The notes beneath the pieces were generated by a model. That model saw nothing but the letters and a program-made list of their open reading frames with translations, was not told where the DNA came from and did not search any database. Of a DNA stretch of 49,983 bases, positions 48,441 to 49,983 are shown one piece after another. This stretch comes from Octopus bimaculoides (lineage: Eukaryota). The number at the start of each line of letters is the position of its first letter. Position 1 is the first letter of the stretch. A program made the translations under genes and the position numbers. Location of the stretch: positions 17,407,218 to 17,457,200 of the forward strand of contig NC_068992.1 of assembly GCF_001194135.2 (NCBI RefSeq), given 5' to 3'.

Positions 48441-49383
48441 GGATCTTTTTTAAAATGGGGGCCACATTTTTCATTAACGAAACACTTTGAAACTTGGAAC
48501 ACTGATAGAATGTGTCATATAAAACATCTTTTTCTCTTAGTCTTCTTAAAAAAAAAGAAATCCATAAGTTATTCCATGTTAAAGTTGTCGTATTTCTGTA
48601 ATTTCAACCAATCACTGACGTCCATTCAGCCGATATACATTAAGTGCCGACTACATAAACAAACGATTCTGAAACAATTAACCCTAACCCTAACCTTAGG
48701 GTTAGGGTTAAAGCAAATTTAAAATGAAAAAAGCAAATAAAACGAAGGTATGGAGATTAAATACGCTTTACATCGCTTAATCAGCCAAAGGAGTAAATGT
48801 AAACAACTGAATACTTGTCAGTGATCGGTTGAAATTATCGAAATAAGACAATTTTTTTACATGAAATAAATTCGAATACAAAAATATTTTTCTGTTCTAN
48901 NNNNNNNNNNNNNNNNNNNNNNNNNNNNNNNNNNNNNNNNNNNNNNNNNNNNNNNNNNNNNNNNNNNNNNNNNNNNNNNNNNNNNNNNNNNNNNNNNNNN
49001 NNNNNNNNNNNNNNNNNNNNNNNNNNNNNNNNNNNNNNNNNNNNNNNNNNNNNNNNNNNNNNNNNNNNNNNNNNNNNNNNNNNNNNNNNNNNNNNNNNNN
49101 NNNNNNNNNNNNNNNNNNNNNNNNNNNNNNNNNNNNNNNNNNNNNNNNNNNNNNNNNNNNNNNNNNNNNNNNNNNNNNNNNNNNNNNNNNNNNNNNNNNN
49201 NNAAGTATACGAAGTTTGAAAGTCTTTCCGTACCAAAAACACTACGTAAAACATTAATGAAAAATGTGGCCCCCATTTTAAAATAGATCCAAAGCATTTA
49301 TTCAGGAATCCTACTGTTTTTGAGACTCTGTTTCAACATTGTAGTTATTCTAGTCACTCTGGCCCCCGTTTTAAAATAGATCC
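48441..49383. mobile_element. Non-autonomous TIR element with 8-bp TSD GGGAGCTG and GG termini (Merlin-like), inserted in an RTE 3'UTR repeat
   Basis: TSD at 48433-48440 and 49384-49391. The left TIR GGATCTTTTTTAAAATGGGGGCCACATTTTTCATTAA matches 49254-49290 (1 mismatch in 37) and a second right-end copy ending at 49383. Confidence 0.85.
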
Positions 49384-49983
49384 GGGAGCTGTCCAGACTC
49401 CAGCTGTCTCTTGAGGCATGGTTTCTATGGCTGGATACCCTTCTTAACACCGACCACTTAACAGAGTGTGCTGTGCTTGGTACTTTTTATATGCCACTGG
49501 CACAGATGCGTTAACACAGCACCGGCATGGATGCTTTTTAAGTGGCACCAGCATCTGAAAGGCCAAGCCTGTATGTGTGGAAGACAGCGATTTTACTTAG
49601 CTTAACATGTCTTATCAAATACAGCAAATGGCCACATCTCCTAGTCCTTTGTTATTTCCTCAGTGAGACCCAGCATCCAAAGATCCTTTCTCACCATTTC
49701 ATCCCACATCTTCCTGGATCGACCCCTTCCACAGGTACCCACCACAATTAGAGCTTGGCACTTCTTTATGTAGCTGTCCTTATCTATACACATCATGTAT
49801 CTTGTTAAATATACACAGTTTGTGTATATACTCGTTCAGCTTGTATTTTGTAAATGTCTCATCAGATTAGTTTAACAAAAGAGATGTATTCTTTTATTCT
49901 TTTACTTGTTTCAGTCATTTGACTGTGGCCATGCTGGAGCACCGCCTTTAGTCAAGCAAATCGACCCCTGGACTTATTCTTTG

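Overview
Eukaryotic, AT-rich, gap-containing draft-genome window. The repeat families look like those of an octopus/cephalopod genome (recognition, not a database result). Two genes lie head-to-head. On the minus strand is the first coding exon of an ANKRD10-like ankyrin gene (7416->7180). On the plus strand is a MORF4L1/MRG15 gene with 10 identifiable coding exons from 16085 to 48333. Its chromo-barrel exon 4 (WDEW...) is not visible and is probably in an N gap; the last exon is not found. The remainder is introns and intergenic DNA filled with SINEs, RTE/CR1/RLE-type LINE remnants, MITEs (mariner-, piggyBac- and Merlin-like) and microsatellites. The most unusual signals are: two copies of a repeat carrying an internal tRNA-Thr-like cloverleaf closed by sequence-divergent inverted repeats; six type I hammerhead-ribozyme-like motifs, probably Penelope-like relics; a candidate 30-nt in-frame micro-exon in the MRG15 chromo domain; a degenerate SAP-domain ORF; and several long near-perfect hairpins. 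No CRISPR array or rRNA is present.
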